DNA of 64,000 nt, taken from NCBI GenBank assembly GCA_000989565.1, contig LBOO01000003.1, positions 22,832-86,831 on the forward strand. Reading direction: 5' to 3'. This DNA is from Candidatus Peregrinibacteria bacterium GW2011_GWA2_33_10. Lineage in GTDB: Bacteria > Patescibacteriota > Gracilibacteria > UBA1369 > GWC2-33-13. The translations under genes were made by a program, and so were the position numbers. A model generated the notes under the pieces. It saw only the letters and a program-made list of their open reading frames with translations. It was not told the origin of the DNA and did no database searches. Within the stretch, counting starts at the first letter, position 1; each line of letters begins with the position of its first letter. This document shows, one piece after another, positions 28,079-37,923 of this stretch.

Positions 28079-30322
28079 ATGTTTGAATATAAAAAAGGAA
28101 AAATGCGTTTTGAAGAAAATTTACAAAATATGAAAATATATAATTGTCATAATATTTCAACGGAAGTTAAAATTAAAATTAAAGAAAAAGTTTTCGCGCA
28201 AATTTCCGAAACGCAAAATTCTTTTGAAAATGATTTTAATGAAAGCGGAAGTTATATCAATGTTTTTAATTTGTTTTCAAACGCAAAATTGGAAAAATTA
28301 ATTTACGCGCGTAAAAAGTCCATCATAAAATATCGAGTTTTGGAAAAAATTGAGAATTCAGGGTATTTTGTAAATATTTTTGATTTTTTGTTCAAAAAAA
28401 GAACTTGGGTAAAAATGTCAATAGCGGCTATACTTTTGAGCATGATTTCTCCTTTTTCCATAGATGATTTCACAATTTATGCGGCAAAACAAAATTTTTT
28501 AAAAATAGAAACCGGAGTAGTCAAATTATATAGAAATAATCAGGAAGTTAATATTAATGATAATTTATTTGTAATAGAAGAAGGCGATAAAATAATTACC
28601 GGTGAGGATGGACGGGCAGAGCTTAGATTCGCCATAAATGGAATTGGCAGGCTGGATAGTTCAACTTCCGTGCAAGTCAATCAATTGTCTGATTTTAATC
28701 AGGAGAACGATATGGGAAAAGTGGTTAATATTGCCATTGAAAAGGGCAGGATATGGGGAAAAACAATGAATACCCCCAAAACTTCGGCAAAACTTATTGT
28801 AACTCCTCAAGACAGTTTATATATAAGCGCTAAAGATAAGTCTACTTTTGATATAAATGTTAAACAGAATGAAATAGAAATCAAAGCATTGGAAAATATT
28901 GTGGATGTGCATATCTCGCCTTCAGAGGAAAAATTTTTAAAGAAAACCGTTTTGGAAGGGTATAAAGTTGAATTAAAAAATACTGAAGATAATGACGAAA
29001 GTAATATTAACAAGAGTTCTATGATCGGATCTGATCATTCCAAAGTTGTTAAGGTGACAATTATGGAGATAGTTGACGATGATCCATGGGTTAGTATGAA
29101 TAGAGAAAAAGATAAATTATTAGCTCTGGAAATGAGAGAAAATTTGGGGATGGAGATAAAAAATAAAGTCGGAATTTTACCTGATGAAGCTTTGTATTCA
29201 GTGAAAAAGCTGGGAGATCAGGCAAAACTTTCTTTGACTTTTGACGAAAAGGCAAAAGAAATTTATGAGATTGAGATTATTTTGAGAGAGATCAATGAGC
29301 TTTTTGCTATAAGTTTTGATAGTGAAAAAGACATTAGTGAGCCTTTAAATTTGAATATTAAAAAATTAGAAGAAAAGATGGAAAAGATTAAAGAGGAAAA
29401 AATTTATAAGGAATTTATCGCGAGCACAAAAATAGAAATTGCTGCTATAAAAAGTACTTTAGCGGATATTTTGCCAAGTCAGAAATATTATCAGGTGAAA
29501 TATGATTTGGATAAAATCGCTTTTGATCTTGAGATTGATCCTTTAGAAAAAATCAAATTAGAATTGGATTCATCACTTGAAGAATTGATGGTAATCAAAA
29601 ATTTATCGACAGAGTTGTCGGATTCTCAGATTGAGGGTTTAATCACTTCTTATGAAAATAATTTATTACAGATTTCAAAAGACACGGAAAGTTTAAACAA
29701 GGATGATAGGGAAAGCATATCAAAATTATTTTTGGAATATCAACTTTCCAATTTGGAAACTTTAAAAATTATAGAAAATAAAGTAAAAAATGTTGATACA
29801 GCAAAAAAGATACATTTAGTAAGCGAGGATATAATTGAAAAATTCATTAAAAATGTCGATGAAATAAGTGATACAAACAAAGAAAGCAAAGAGGATGCGG
29901 TAAAAGAGGAAAACATTATGAGAGAGAAAAGCAATAATGAAAAAAATGTTGTTCCTGAAAAGGGAATTGATCCAATTGAAAATCCTTTTGATAATGGAAG
30001 TAACAATTTGGAAAAAATAATTCCTGAAGCAGACAATCAAAACTTTGATGAATTTAAAGTGGAGATTGTAAAAGCCGATGATTCCCAAAAACTCAGTAAT
30101 TCAACTGAAAAGAAACAGAATGAGAGAAAAGCGGATAAAGTTAAAAAATTAATGGATAAGAAAGAAGATTTGCCTTTGGAAGTTATTGAAAAAGTTGAAG
30201 AGGTTGAATCTTTGTATAGAGAGGAAAAAGTTGTTGAAGTTCACATTGATAAACAAAATCTGATTAAACTGGATAATCGAAAGAAAATTCCTGATTTGAT
30301 CAAGTTAACGCCTGCGACTTAA
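28079..30322 (+). CDS. Single-pass membrane protein with a FecR-like domain and a long helical/acidic extracytoplasmic region (putative anti-sigma/sensor partner)
   Basis: 747 aa. TM near residues 107-127 (WVKMSIAAILLSMISPFSI). FecR-like segment ITGEDGRAELRFAINGIGRLDSSTSVQV. It lies immediately downstream of the ECF sigma gene. Confidence 0.6.
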   Translation: MFEYKKGKMRFEENLQNMKIYNCHNISTEVKIKIKEKVFAQISETQNSFENDFNESGSYINVFNLFSNAKLEKLIYARKKSIIKYRVLEKIENSGYFVNIFDFLFKKRTWVKMSIAAILLSMISPFSIDDFTIYAAKQNFLKIETGVVKLYRNNQEVNINDNLFVIEEGDKIITGEDGRAELRFAINGIGRLDSSTSVQVNQLSDFNQENDMGKVVNIAIEKGRIWGKTMNTPKTSAKLIVTPQDSLYISAKDKSTFDINVKQNEIEIKALENIVDVHISPSEEKFLKKTVLEGYKVELKNTEDNDESNINKSSMIGSDHSKVVKVTIMEIVDDDPWVSMNREKDKLLALEMRENLGMEIKNKVGILPDEALYSVKKLGDQAKLSLTFDEKAKEIYEIEIILREINELFAISFDSEKDISEPLNLNIKKLEEKMEKIKEEKIYKEFIASTKIEIAAIKSTLADILPSQKYYQVKYDLDKIAFDLEIDPLEKIKLELDSSLEELMVIKNLSTELSDSQIEGLITSYENNLLQISKDTESLNKDDRESISKLFLEYQLSNLETLKIIENKVKNVDTAKKIHLVSEDIIEKFIKNVDEISDTNKESKEDAVKEENIMREKSNNEKNVVPEKGIDPIENPFDNGSNNLEKIIPEADNQNFDEFKVEIVKADDSQKLSNSTEKKQNERKADKVKKLMDKKEDLPLEVIEKVEEVESLYREEKVVEVHIDKQNLIKLDNRKKIPDLIKLTPAT

Positions 30323-31383
30323 ATCGAAACTAAGCCTAAGATTAAACCTATAATGGAAAATACGGTGCTGATGATCCAAAATCGCATGGTTATTTGTGAT
30401 TCCGGCCATCCTATTTTCTCAAAATGATGGTGCAGCGGGGCGATATGAAATACTTTGCGTTTAAAGAATTTTTTTGAAAATAGTTGGATGAGCACTGACA
30501 AGGTTTCTACAACAAAAACTATTCCCACTATTGGTAAAATCAAAACAGAATCTGTCATTAAGGCAATCACTCCCAATGTACCTCCCAAAGCTAAAGAACC
30601 CGTATCTCCCATGTAAAATTTTGCCGGATGAATATTATACCAGAGAAAAGCCAATAAAGCTCCAATAATTACAGCGCAAAGCGCGCTTAATATGAATAAT
30701 CCTTTGAAGTATGATAATACTGTAAATACAGCGAAGCAGTTGATTAAAATACCTCCCGCAAGTCCATCGAGTCCGTCAGTTATATTTACAGCGTTTGAAG
30801 TGGACAACAATACTAAAATAAATAAGGGGATATACCAGATTCCAATATGTAGATCTCCAAGAAACGGGATGTGTATTTGATTGTATTCCAATTTAAAGTA
30901 AAACCATAAGCTGCCTAAAATAGCAAAAATCATGAGCCAGATAAACTTGGGTTTGACATTAATTCCTTTTGTTTTGCCTATGCCTTTGATATTAAAATAG
31001 TCGTCGAACGCACCCAGTAAAGCCATTGTAATCAATGTAAAAATAGCCAGATATGTTTCTTTTCTATTTATCAATGAATGTTCAATTATTCCGGCATAAG
31101 AAAGAATTCTGGAGATGATGACCACCAATAGAACAGTCCCCCAAATCAATATTCCACCCATTGTGGGAGTACCTTTTTTTCTAAAATGTAATTCATTGAA
31201 AATTGTAGCTTTTAGTCCATCTACACTATCTTCACGGATATTTTTGCCGAGTTTATATTTTTTTAGAATTTCGATAAATGGGGGAGCGAAAATTATGGCT
31301 AGAATAAACGCATAAAGGAATGAGCCGAAAATGAGAATCAAGTGGCGGTAGGTTTCCATGTGAAGGGAGTAAATTGCAGCCAT
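30319..31383 (-). CDS. mraY: Phospho-N-acetylmuramoyl-pentapeptide transferase
   Basis: 354 aa, polytopic. KKGTPTMGG, NAVNITDGLDGLA, MGDTGSLALGG and APLHHHFE are MraY motifs. Confidence 0.95.
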   Translation of the reverse strand: MAAIYSLHMETYRHLILIFGSFLYAFILAIIFAPPFIEILKKYKLGKNIREDSVDGLKATIFNELHFRKKGTPTMGGILIWGTVLLVVIISRILSYAGIIEHSLINRKETYLAIFTLITMALLGAFDDYFNIKGIGKTKGINVKPKFIWLMIFAILGSLWFYFKLEYNQIHIPFLGDLHIGIWYIPLFILVLLSTSNAVNITDGLDGLAGGILINCFAVFTVLSYFKGLFILSALCAVIIGALLAFLWYNIHPAKFYMGDTGSLALGGTLGVIALMTDSVLILPIVGIVFVVETLSVLIQLFSKKFFKRKVFHIAPLHHHFEKIGWPESQITMRFWIISTVFSIIGLILGLVSI

Positions 31384-32306
31384 TATGGCCAGATGTAATT
31401 ATCTATTATCCATTTACTTAGTGTTTTTGTTTCTGTAAAACGAGCAGGGCTATTCAATACTATACTGACAAATTCATGATTTTCTGTGTTTTGTATTAAT
31501 CCGATAAAGCACAAACCGGCATTTTCAGTATTTCCTGTTTTTAGACCTTTTACGATTATATCAGAATCTGTGAGCAGTTTATTGGTTGAAGATAATTCAT
31601 GTTTAATTTTTCCATTTTCAGAAATAACTTCAGTGTGAGAAATTTTAACAGTGTCTCTAATAAATTTCTTTTTTAAAGCATATTTTGATAATGTGACCAA
31701 ATCTTCAGCTGTTGAGTAATTCTCAGGATCGTCAAATCCCATGGGATTAGCGAAATGAGAATTTTTTAATCCTAAAATTTGCCCTTTTTGATTCATTTTT
31801 TGAACAAACAGATTGATTGAACCGGAATTGTGTATTGCTAAAGCGTGAGCAGCATCATTACCTGAAGGTATTAATGCTCCTCTCAACAGATTGGCGATTG
31901 TGATTTTTTCTCCGGTATAAAGCCATATTTTAACACCGCCTATTTGAGTGGATTCTTGTTTGATTGTCGCGATTTCGTTTAAATCGTTTTCTTCCAAAAT
32001 TATAATCGCGGTCATTAATTTTGTGATACTGGCTATTGGTTGTTTAGTGTCAATATTTTTTTGATATAAAATAACTCCGGAATTTAAATCATATACAAGC
32101 GCTGAGGATGCTTGGATTAGTGGAGCATCAGCAGCTTTTTTTTTCAAACCGGGCGGTAGGGTTATATCCAAAACCTTTTTTTTTAATTGTTCTTCAATTA
32201 CCATTTGTTTTCCTGTCAACAAGATGTTAGTTTCGGTATTTGCCGGTAAATTGTTTGATATGGCAGTTCCTGACAGTAATATTAATGATAATAGGGCTTT
32301 TAGCAT
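31383..32306 (-). CDS. Serine-type D-Ala-D-Ala carboxypeptidase (PBP5/DacB-like)
   Basis: 307 aa with a signal peptide. SxxK (ASITKLMT), SxN (PSGND) and KTG (LKTGNT) boxes are present. Confidence 0.88.
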   Translation of the reverse strand: MLKALLSLILLSGTAISNNLPANTETNILLTGKQMVIEEQLKKKVLDITLPPGLKKKAADAPLIQASSALVYDLNSGVILYQKNIDTKQPIASITKLMTAIIILEENDLNEIATIKQESTQIGGVKIWLYTGEKITIANLLRGALIPSGNDAAHALAIHNSGSINLFVQKMNQKGQILGLKNSHFANPMGFDDPENYSTAEDLVTLSKYALKKKFIRDTVKISHTEVISENGKIKHELSSTNKLLTDSDIIVKGLKTGNTENAGLCFIGLIQNTENHEFVSIVLNSPARFTETKTLSKWIIDNYIWP

Positions 32307-32315
32307 AATGGTTTT

Positions 32316-33002
32316 TTATAATACTTCGTTTGGATTTATAATTTTGTAACTTCCTTTTTTTAAATTTTCTAATTTGATTTTTCCGATTCTAATGCGTTTT
32401 AATGAAACTACAGGAAGAGAAAAGTGTTTAAAAATTTTTCGTATTTGTCTTTTTTGTCCTTCTTTAATGATCATTGAGACTTTAGCTGTATTTTTATTTT
32501 GATTTAGAATTTTTATTTTCGCCGGTTTGGTGATTATATCTAAGAATGTACCTCCTTCAGCGATTTTTTTTAAGATTAAGTCATTTATTTCTCCCCTGAT
32601 TTCAATAATATACTCTTTTTCTTTTCGGTTTCCGGGGTGGGATATTTTTTGTGCGAATTCGCCATCGTTTGTGAGTAAAATCAGTCCTTCGCTATCTTTA
32701 TCCAGTCTGCCGATTGAAAATAGTCTGGTTTTAAAAGGCAAGTAGTCATTAATTATTTTTCTGTCATGAGTATCTTTGTTTGTAGATAAAACTCCTTTAG
32801 GTTTATTAAACGCAATATATATTTTTTCTTCAGGAATCAGAGTTTTTCCGTCTATTTCAACGATATTTATTAATGGATCAACTTTCGCGCCCAAATCCGT
32901 AATAAGTTTATGATCAATTTTTATTCTGCCTTCCAAAATCAATTCATCGGCTTTTCTGCGCGAGCAAATGCCGCAGGACGCTATATATTTATTTAATCGC
33001 AT
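32316..33002 (-). CDS. Pseudouridine synthase, RsuA/RluB family
   Basis: 228 aa. N-terminal S4 domain (MRLNKYIASCGICSRRKADELI) and the catalytic motif GRLDKDSEGLILLTNDG. Confidence 0.88.
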   Translation of the reverse strand: MRLNKYIASCGICSRRKADELILEGRIKIDHKLITDLGAKVDPLINIVEIDGKTLIPEEKIYIAFNKPKGVLSTNKDTHDRKIINDYLPFKTRLFSIGRLDKDSEGLILLTNDGEFAQKISHPGNRKEKEYIIEIRGEINDLILKKIAEGGTFLDIITKPAKIKILNQNKNTAKVSMIIKEGQKRQIRKIFKHFSLPVVSLKRIRIGKIKLENLKKGSYKIINPNEVL

Positions 33003-34387
33003 TAATAAAATGATGATGGATTTGATTTGTAATAGCTTGCGAAGTCTTGGCCCAAAACTATGATTATATCTCCTCCGTTAATTGGTATGTCAACAGGTAT
33101 TTCTTTTTTTATTTCTCCGGGAATGAATTCCAGTAATGGAACCAGTGATTTTTCTTTAATTGTTTCATTGTTTAAATAAATTGTTGTCCTCTGTATGTTT
33201 TTGACCGGTGCATTGCCGAATTTGATTATGTCAAATCCGTTTCGAGCGAGCATCATTTTTGTATAATAAGCCATGCTGCTTTGGCGCGTGCCATTAAGAA
33301 TTTCAATAGTAACATTTTTTTGGAATAAAGCAGTATTATAATGATAATAATTATTAAATTTTTTAATTTCTTGATAATTGCTTAACGTTTTATAACTGCC
33401 ACCATTCGGGATTAATACAAACGCGTTTCCAAAATATGCGCGGTCAGGAACATATAAAAATCCTCCCAATTCCAAAGGGTTGTTATGAATTGTTTGGGTA
33501 AGTATGTTTTCTTTTGGTATGTCTTTGGCAATACCGGCTAATATTGCTATTTCATCCCACGATAAATTTGTAGAAACATTATTGGAAAAAGATTGGTATA
33601 AACTTTTTAGTTTGCTCGGGCTTGTTCCACTTCCCAATTTCATTGCTTTTTCTTTAACTAGAGTCATTACTTGTTGTTGTCTTCGGCTGCGATCAAAATC
33701 ACTGGTTGAATGTCTTGACCTTACATATTTAAGCGCTGTTTTGCCGTTCAGGTGCTGATTGCCCGCATCAAGATGAAATGTTTCATAATCAAAGGTTCCT
33801 TGTTTAGGATAAGCTTTGTCTGTAAACGGTTTGTCCAGATAAATATCGATTCCTCCCAATGTGTCTATTGCTTCAATAAATCCTTTAAAATCAATATTTA
33901 TATAATAGTGGATCGGTAAACCGGTTATATTTTCAGTGACTTTTTTTAATTCTTGCATGGCCAAGTTTTTATCTTCATATTTTTGCAGGGCGAATTCGTA
34001 AATATTGTTAATTTTTGTTTTTCCAATTTGCGAATTGACAAATAGGTCTCGAGGGAGGGAAAGCATTGTTACCATTTTATCTTTATGATTTAGAGAAGCA
34101 ACGATGATAGTATCAGTTAAATTTTCACCGCTATGGCCTTCGCCGCCTATTCCCGTGAGTAAAAAATTAGTGTGTTTTTTGTCATCAACATTTACATTGA
34201 AAGTAGGCAAAATTTCTTTGAAATTCAATTTGCCTATGACAATTTTAATACCTTTAGTAAAAAGCAGACCTACAATAATTATTGAAAGGCTGATTATTAA
34301 AATGCCGGTCAGATGTTTGTGAATAAATCCGGTTTGTTTTTTATGTAATTTTTGACTAAGTTTTTTATTTATAAATTTTTTTTCCAT
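33002..34387 (-). CDS. LytR-CpsA-Psr (LCP) family cell-envelope phosphotransferase
   Basis: 461 aa. N-terminal TM; TDTIIVASLN...MLSLPRDL and KYVRSRHSTSDFDRSRRQQQV are LCP signatures. A C-terminal LytR_C-like domain is present. Confidence 0.85.
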   Translation of the reverse strand: MEKKFINKKLSQKLHKKQTGFIHKHLTGILIISLSIIIVGLLFTKGIKIVIGKLNFKEILPTFNVNVDDKKHTNFLLTGIGGEGHSGENLTDTIIVASLNHKDKMVTMLSLPRDLFVNSQIGKTKINNIYEFALQKYEDKNLAMQELKKVTENITGLPIHYYINIDFKGFIEAIDTLGGIDIYLDKPFTDKAYPKQGTFDYETFHLDAGNQHLNGKTALKYVRSRHSTSDFDRSRRQQQVMTLVKEKAMKLGSGTSPSKLKSLYQSFSNNVSTNLSWDEIAILAGIAKDIPKENILTQTIHNNPLELGGFLYVPDRAYFGNAFVLIPNGGSYKTLSNYQEIKKFNNYYHYNTALFQKNVTIEILNGTRQSSMAYYTKMMLARNGFDIIKFGNAPVKNIQRTTIYLNNETIKEKSLVPLLEFIPGEIKKEIPVDIPINGGDIIIVLGQDFASYYKSNPSSFY

Positions 34388-34522
34388 AAATATTTAAATA
34401 TACAAATTTTTAAATCAACGTTAATCAATTTACCAAAATTTTTAATGAAATTTAATAAATTTTTTATAATTTTTTAATTTTTTTTTGGTAAAAATGAGTC
34501 GTTAATATACTTTTTTTATAAA

Positions 34523-35842
34523 ATGACGCGATTAAATCCAATTACATTTTTATTTTTATCCTTTATTGCAGGCATTTTTATTCATTTTGGAATTGCTTGC
34601 GCATTTTTTTTGCTACTACTAATATTTCTTATTTTTTCATTAAATGAAAGCAGAAATTATATTTTAGCTTTGTTTTTAATCGGTTTTTTTGTTTTTGGCG
34701 TGTTTCGGCTTAATCTTTGGGAAAATAAGGAAAAGAGGTTGTGGTACTATCAATTAAATCATGAAAAGCTTTTAATTCAGGGGCAAATAAAAAAGAAGTT
34801 TTCTTCTTTGGATAATCAGAGTAAGTATATTTTTCAAGTTGAGTTGATCGAAAATGAAGAGATTGAAGAGAATATTTTATTATATATGAAGAGGTATCCT
34901 GAATTGGAAACAGGAGATCGTTTGAAGATGACCGGGCAATTGAGAGAGCCCGCCAGTCGATATCAAAATTATTTGAAAATTTATGATGTTCGTTTTGTGG
35001 TTTTTGATGCGGAAATTTTATATGTTGAGAAATGCGGGAATGGTTTTAAATATGCACTTAGTAAAGTCAGATTAAAAATTTTGGATATTATAAAAGTTAT
35101 TTTTCCGGAACCATATTCCGGTTTTATGAATGGAATTTTTTTGGGAGAAAAAAATGATTTGCCTGAAGAGTTAAATCAAAAAATGCGTTTGGCAGGATTG
35201 AGCCATATTTTGGTTGTTTCAGGCTATAATATTACTTTAATCGCGATATGTTCGAATTATTTATTCAGCTTTTTAGGGAGAAAAATCAGGATTGTTTTAA
35301 CCGGAATAATGATTCTTTTTTTTATGTTTTTAGCCGGTTTTGATTCGTCAATATTAAGAGCGGGCATAATGGGGGTTTTGTCTCTTTTTGCTTTGTGGTG
35401 CGGGAGAATTTATGAAGTTTTTACAGGTATTTTTTTTGCCGCTTTTTTAATGTGTTTGTTAAATCCAATGCTTATTTTTTACGATGATGGTTTCAAATTA
35501 TCATTTTTGGCCACTATGGGAATTGCTTTAGGAGCAGAGCATTTTAAAATTTTAGGAAATAATTTAAAATTGAATTCAGTGATAAATGATTTGTTGTCTG
35601 TTACTTTTAGCGCTCAATTAGCTGTTTTGCCGATATTAGTATTTAAATATCATCAATTTACTTTTTTTAGTTTTATTTCAAATTTACTGGTGGTGCCGCT
35701 TATTCCTTGGACAATGTTATTGGGAGCCATTAGTTTTGGATTTTATTTTCTATATTTTGATTTGTCTCTGGTTTTTGGTTATTTGGCTTGGGGATTGATT
35801 GAGTTGATATTTCGGATTGCTGATTTGTTTTATAATTTATGA
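34523..35842 (+). CDS. comEC: ComEC/Rec2-family DNA internalisation channel protein (competence domain only)
   Basis: 439 aa, polytopic. An N-terminal OB-like insert and the motif GLSHILVVSGYNITLI are typical of the ComEC competence domain. No metallo-beta-lactamase domain is present. Confidence 0.85.
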   Translation: MTRLNPITFLFLSFIAGIFIHFGIACAFFLLLLIFLIFSLNESRNYILALFLIGFFVFGVFRLNLWENKEKRLWYYQLNHEKLLIQGQIKKKFSSLDNQSKYIFQVELIENEEIEENILLYMKRYPELETGDRLKMTGQLREPASRYQNYLKIYDVRFVVFDAEILYVEKCGNGFKYALSKVRLKILDIIKVIFPEPYSGFMNGIFLGEKNDLPEELNQKMRLAGLSHILVVSGYNITLIAICSNYLFSFLGRKIRIVLTGIMILFFMFLAGFDSSILRAGIMGVLSLFALWCGRIYEVFTGIFFAAFLMCLLNPMLIFYDDGFKLSFLATMGIALGAEHFKILGNNLKLNSVINDLLSVTFSAQLAVLPILVFKYHQFTFFSFISNLLVVPLIPWTMLLGAISFGFYFLYFDLSLVFGYLAWGLIELIFRIADLFYNL

Positions 35843-36677
35843 CATTGGTTTGAGTGAATTTTTTTAGTTGAATTTTTGAATATATTTTTTTTGCTGTAAA
35901 TATGGTAATAAGTATAGCAATGAAGATTAAAATCGGATATTTGTATTGTGTCCATAAATCAATAACTTTGGATTTTTTTTCCGGAAGCGGGGCGGGTTTG
36001 ATATTTTCGGGTGCTTTTAATTTTTTATCGGATTGGATTTTATTTGTTTTTACAGGTGTTCGTACTTTTGGTTTTGTGATGGATTTTTGTTCATCGGCAA
36101 ATAGAATTTGAGGTTCAGATTGCGTGGTTTTCAGTATTGACGTGAAATCGTTTTCATAATTTTTACAATCATTTTGGGCGCAGCTTAATTTGTATGATAA
36201 TAAAAAATCTTTATTATATTCAATAGCGTTAAATATTAAAATATTATTTTCAAAATGCGAAAAAAAACCGTTTATTTCAATAGATGATTGAGGTTCAAAA
36301 TTTTTATCTTCTTTGATTTGAAAATCAGGGAAATAAGTTTTTATTTCTTCAATGTATTTTTTTGTATAATTTTTTTTGAATGATGTAAAGTTCGGATAAT
36401 AGTTCGGTTCAACCGAGATGCTGAAATTATTGCGGAATGTTGAGCTTGAGTTCGGTAAAATAAATTGGCTTAGTATTTGTGTTGAATTAATTTGATTTAA
36501 TTTTAAATTTTTATTTTCGTTTAATAACTTCCATGAAGAGGGGATTGAAATTTCCAGTTTAAATTCAGGATATATTAATTTTTGACCATTGGCGCTCAGT
36601 AAATTCGGAATATTTAAAAGAAACATTAGAGCAAAAATAAGATATAAACGACATTTCATATTACATTTTATAAACAA
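35730..36677 (-). CDS. Hypothetical secreted protein with a C-terminal membrane anchor
   Basis: 315 aa. Signal peptide (CRLYLIFALMFLLNIPNLLSANG) and a TM near the C-terminus (YPILIFIAILITIFTA). The low-complexity tail overlaps the comEC 3' end. Confidence 0.6.
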   Translation of the reverse strand: MFIKCNMKCRLYLIFALMFLLNIPNLLSANGQKLIYPEFKLEISIPSSWKLLNENKNLKLNQINSTQILSQFILPNSSSTFRNNFSISVEPNYYPNFTSFKKNYTKKYIEEIKTYFPDFQIKEDKNFEPQSSIEINGFFSHFENNILIFNAIEYNKDFLLSYKLSCAQNDCKNYENDFTSILKTTQSEPQILFADEQKSITKPKVRTPVKTNKIQSDKKLKAPENIKPAPLPEKKSKVIDLWTQYKYPILIFIAILITIFTAKKIYSKIQLKKFTQTNVINYKTNQQSEISTQSIPKPNNQKPETNQNIENKIQN

Positions 36678-37185
36678 AAATTGGCGCGAGTCTTAATTTT
36701 TTATTTCTGGGAATGATTTTATGTGGCTTCCATGCTTTTATTTGGAACGCATAAGTAACAACGCGACTGCCTTTTTTCAATTCACTTTGTAATTTTTTCG
36801 CTACTTTTTGATTCGTTTCAGGCATTAGATAGAGTAAAACCACATCAGCATTTTTATAATTTTGATTCATGAAATTGGCAAAAATTATTTTTACTTTAGA
36901 TTGTGTTAAAATTTTCCTGATTTTGGCCATAAAATAGATGATCGGGGAAAGTTCGATGCCATATCCGTCAGCCTGATATTTTTTGACGGCCAATTCAACC
37001 AATCTGCCATCACCGCAACCAAGATCATAAACTTTTTCATTTTTTTTTATGTTTGCAGCTTTAAGCATTCTTTCAATTCCTTTTCGTGGTGTCGGGACCC
37101 ATGGAGCGCCACCAATCAATGCTCTTAAGGTGGGGATTAAGAGTATTACATAAATTATAATGGCAATTTTTGAATTAAAAATCAT
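36661..37185 (-). CDS. Class I SAM-dependent methyltransferase with an N-terminal TM helix
   Basis: 174 aa. The SAM-binding motif I VYDLGCGDGRL is preceded by a hydrophobic helix. Confidence 0.75.
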   Translation of the reverse strand: MIFNSKIAIIIYVILLIPTLRALIGGAPWVPTPRKGIERMLKAANIKKNEKVYDLGCGDGRLVELAVKKYQADGYGIELSPIIYFMAKIRKILTQSKVKIIFANFMNQNYKNADVVLLYLMPETNQKVAKKLQSELKKGSRVVTYAFQIKAWKPHKIIPRNKKLRLAPIFVYKM

Positions 37186-37187
37186 GT

Positions 37188-37671
37188 TTAAATTTTGTAT
37201 ATATAAATTATTGGGATCTTATTTTTTTTATCACGTTTAATAATTTTTAAAGGTTTTAATCCTTCAATATGAAATGTGTGTGAAACAATTATGGTTCCTT
37301 TGTGGCATTCTTTTTTTACCTTTTTAACCAGTTTTCATTGCTAAAAAATATGCGATTGGAGATAGTTCGTATCCTATGCATTTTGTATGATATTTTTTTT
37401 CGGCTGCGAATAAAAGCCGCCCATCACCGCAGCCAAGATCATAAATTGTTTGTCCTTTATGCGGTTTCGCGGTTTTTAATAAGGTTTCAATTAATCTTTT
37501 TTTGGTCGGGACATAAGGTACGCGATAAAATAAGCATACACATGCGGAAAGTACTAATATGAAAGTAAAAATTAAAGCTAAAATGGCAAATAAATTTAAA
37601 AGCATTTTTTTGTTATTAAATCCATTTATTTTACAGGAAAAAAGAGGAAAAGTATAGTGATCAGGCGTCAT
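37188..37671 (-). pseudogene. Decayed tandem paralogue of the adjacent methyltransferase (internal deletion plus frameshift)
   Basis: ORF 37324..37671 aligns to the paralogue through IYDLGCGDGRLLFAAEKKY..YELSPIAYFLA, then stops (MKTG*). My +1-frame translation of 37188..37320 gives KLVKKVKKECHKGTIIVSHTFHIEGLKPLKIIKRDKKNKIPIIYIYKI*, which aligns to the paralogue C-terminus KVAKKLQSELKKGSRVVTYAFQIKAWKPHKIIPRNKKLRLAPIFVYKM. About 40 central residues are missing. Confidence 0.7.
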
Positions 37672-37678
37672 ATTCTTC

Positions 37679-37707
37679 TTGCCTCTAAATGACTTTTTTT
37701 CTATACT
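37679..37707 (+). promoter_or_regulatory. Candidate promoter of tRNA-Glu(CUC): TTGCCT-17 nt-TATACT
   Basis: Read directly. The same architecture recurs upstream of the second tRNA-Glu. Confidence 0.5.
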
Positions 37708-37737
37708 GACCCAGAAAAAAGGAAAAAGGTTTTTTAA

Positions 37738-37812
37738 GGCGCCATCGTCTAGCGGTTAGGACATTGCCCTCTCACGGCGAAAACAGGGGTTCGATTCCCC
37801 TTGGCGCTACCA
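37738..37812 (+). tRNA. tRNA-Glu (anticodon CUC), CCA encoded
   Basis: Manual fold: acceptor GGCGCCA/UGGCGCU (G1.U72), anticodon stem UUGCC/GGCGA, loop CUCUCAC giving anticodon CUC at positions 34-36, T arm AGGGG-UUCGAUU-CCCCU, 3' ACCA. Confidence 0.92.
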
Positions 37813-37864
37813 TTGATTTATTAAAAATAATGCGCGTTTAGGTTAATTTTTTTTAAATTTCTTC

Positions 37865-37893
37865 TTGCTTTACTTATAGTTTTTTTTTATACT
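37865..37893 (+). promoter_or_regulatory. Candidate promoter of tRNA-Glu(UUC): TTGCTT-17 nt-TATACT
   Basis: Read directly. It is a paralogous copy of the 37679..37707 element. Confidence 0.5.
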
Positions 37894-37923
37894 TACCCCG
37901 TTAGAAATTTATCGGTTTTTTAA

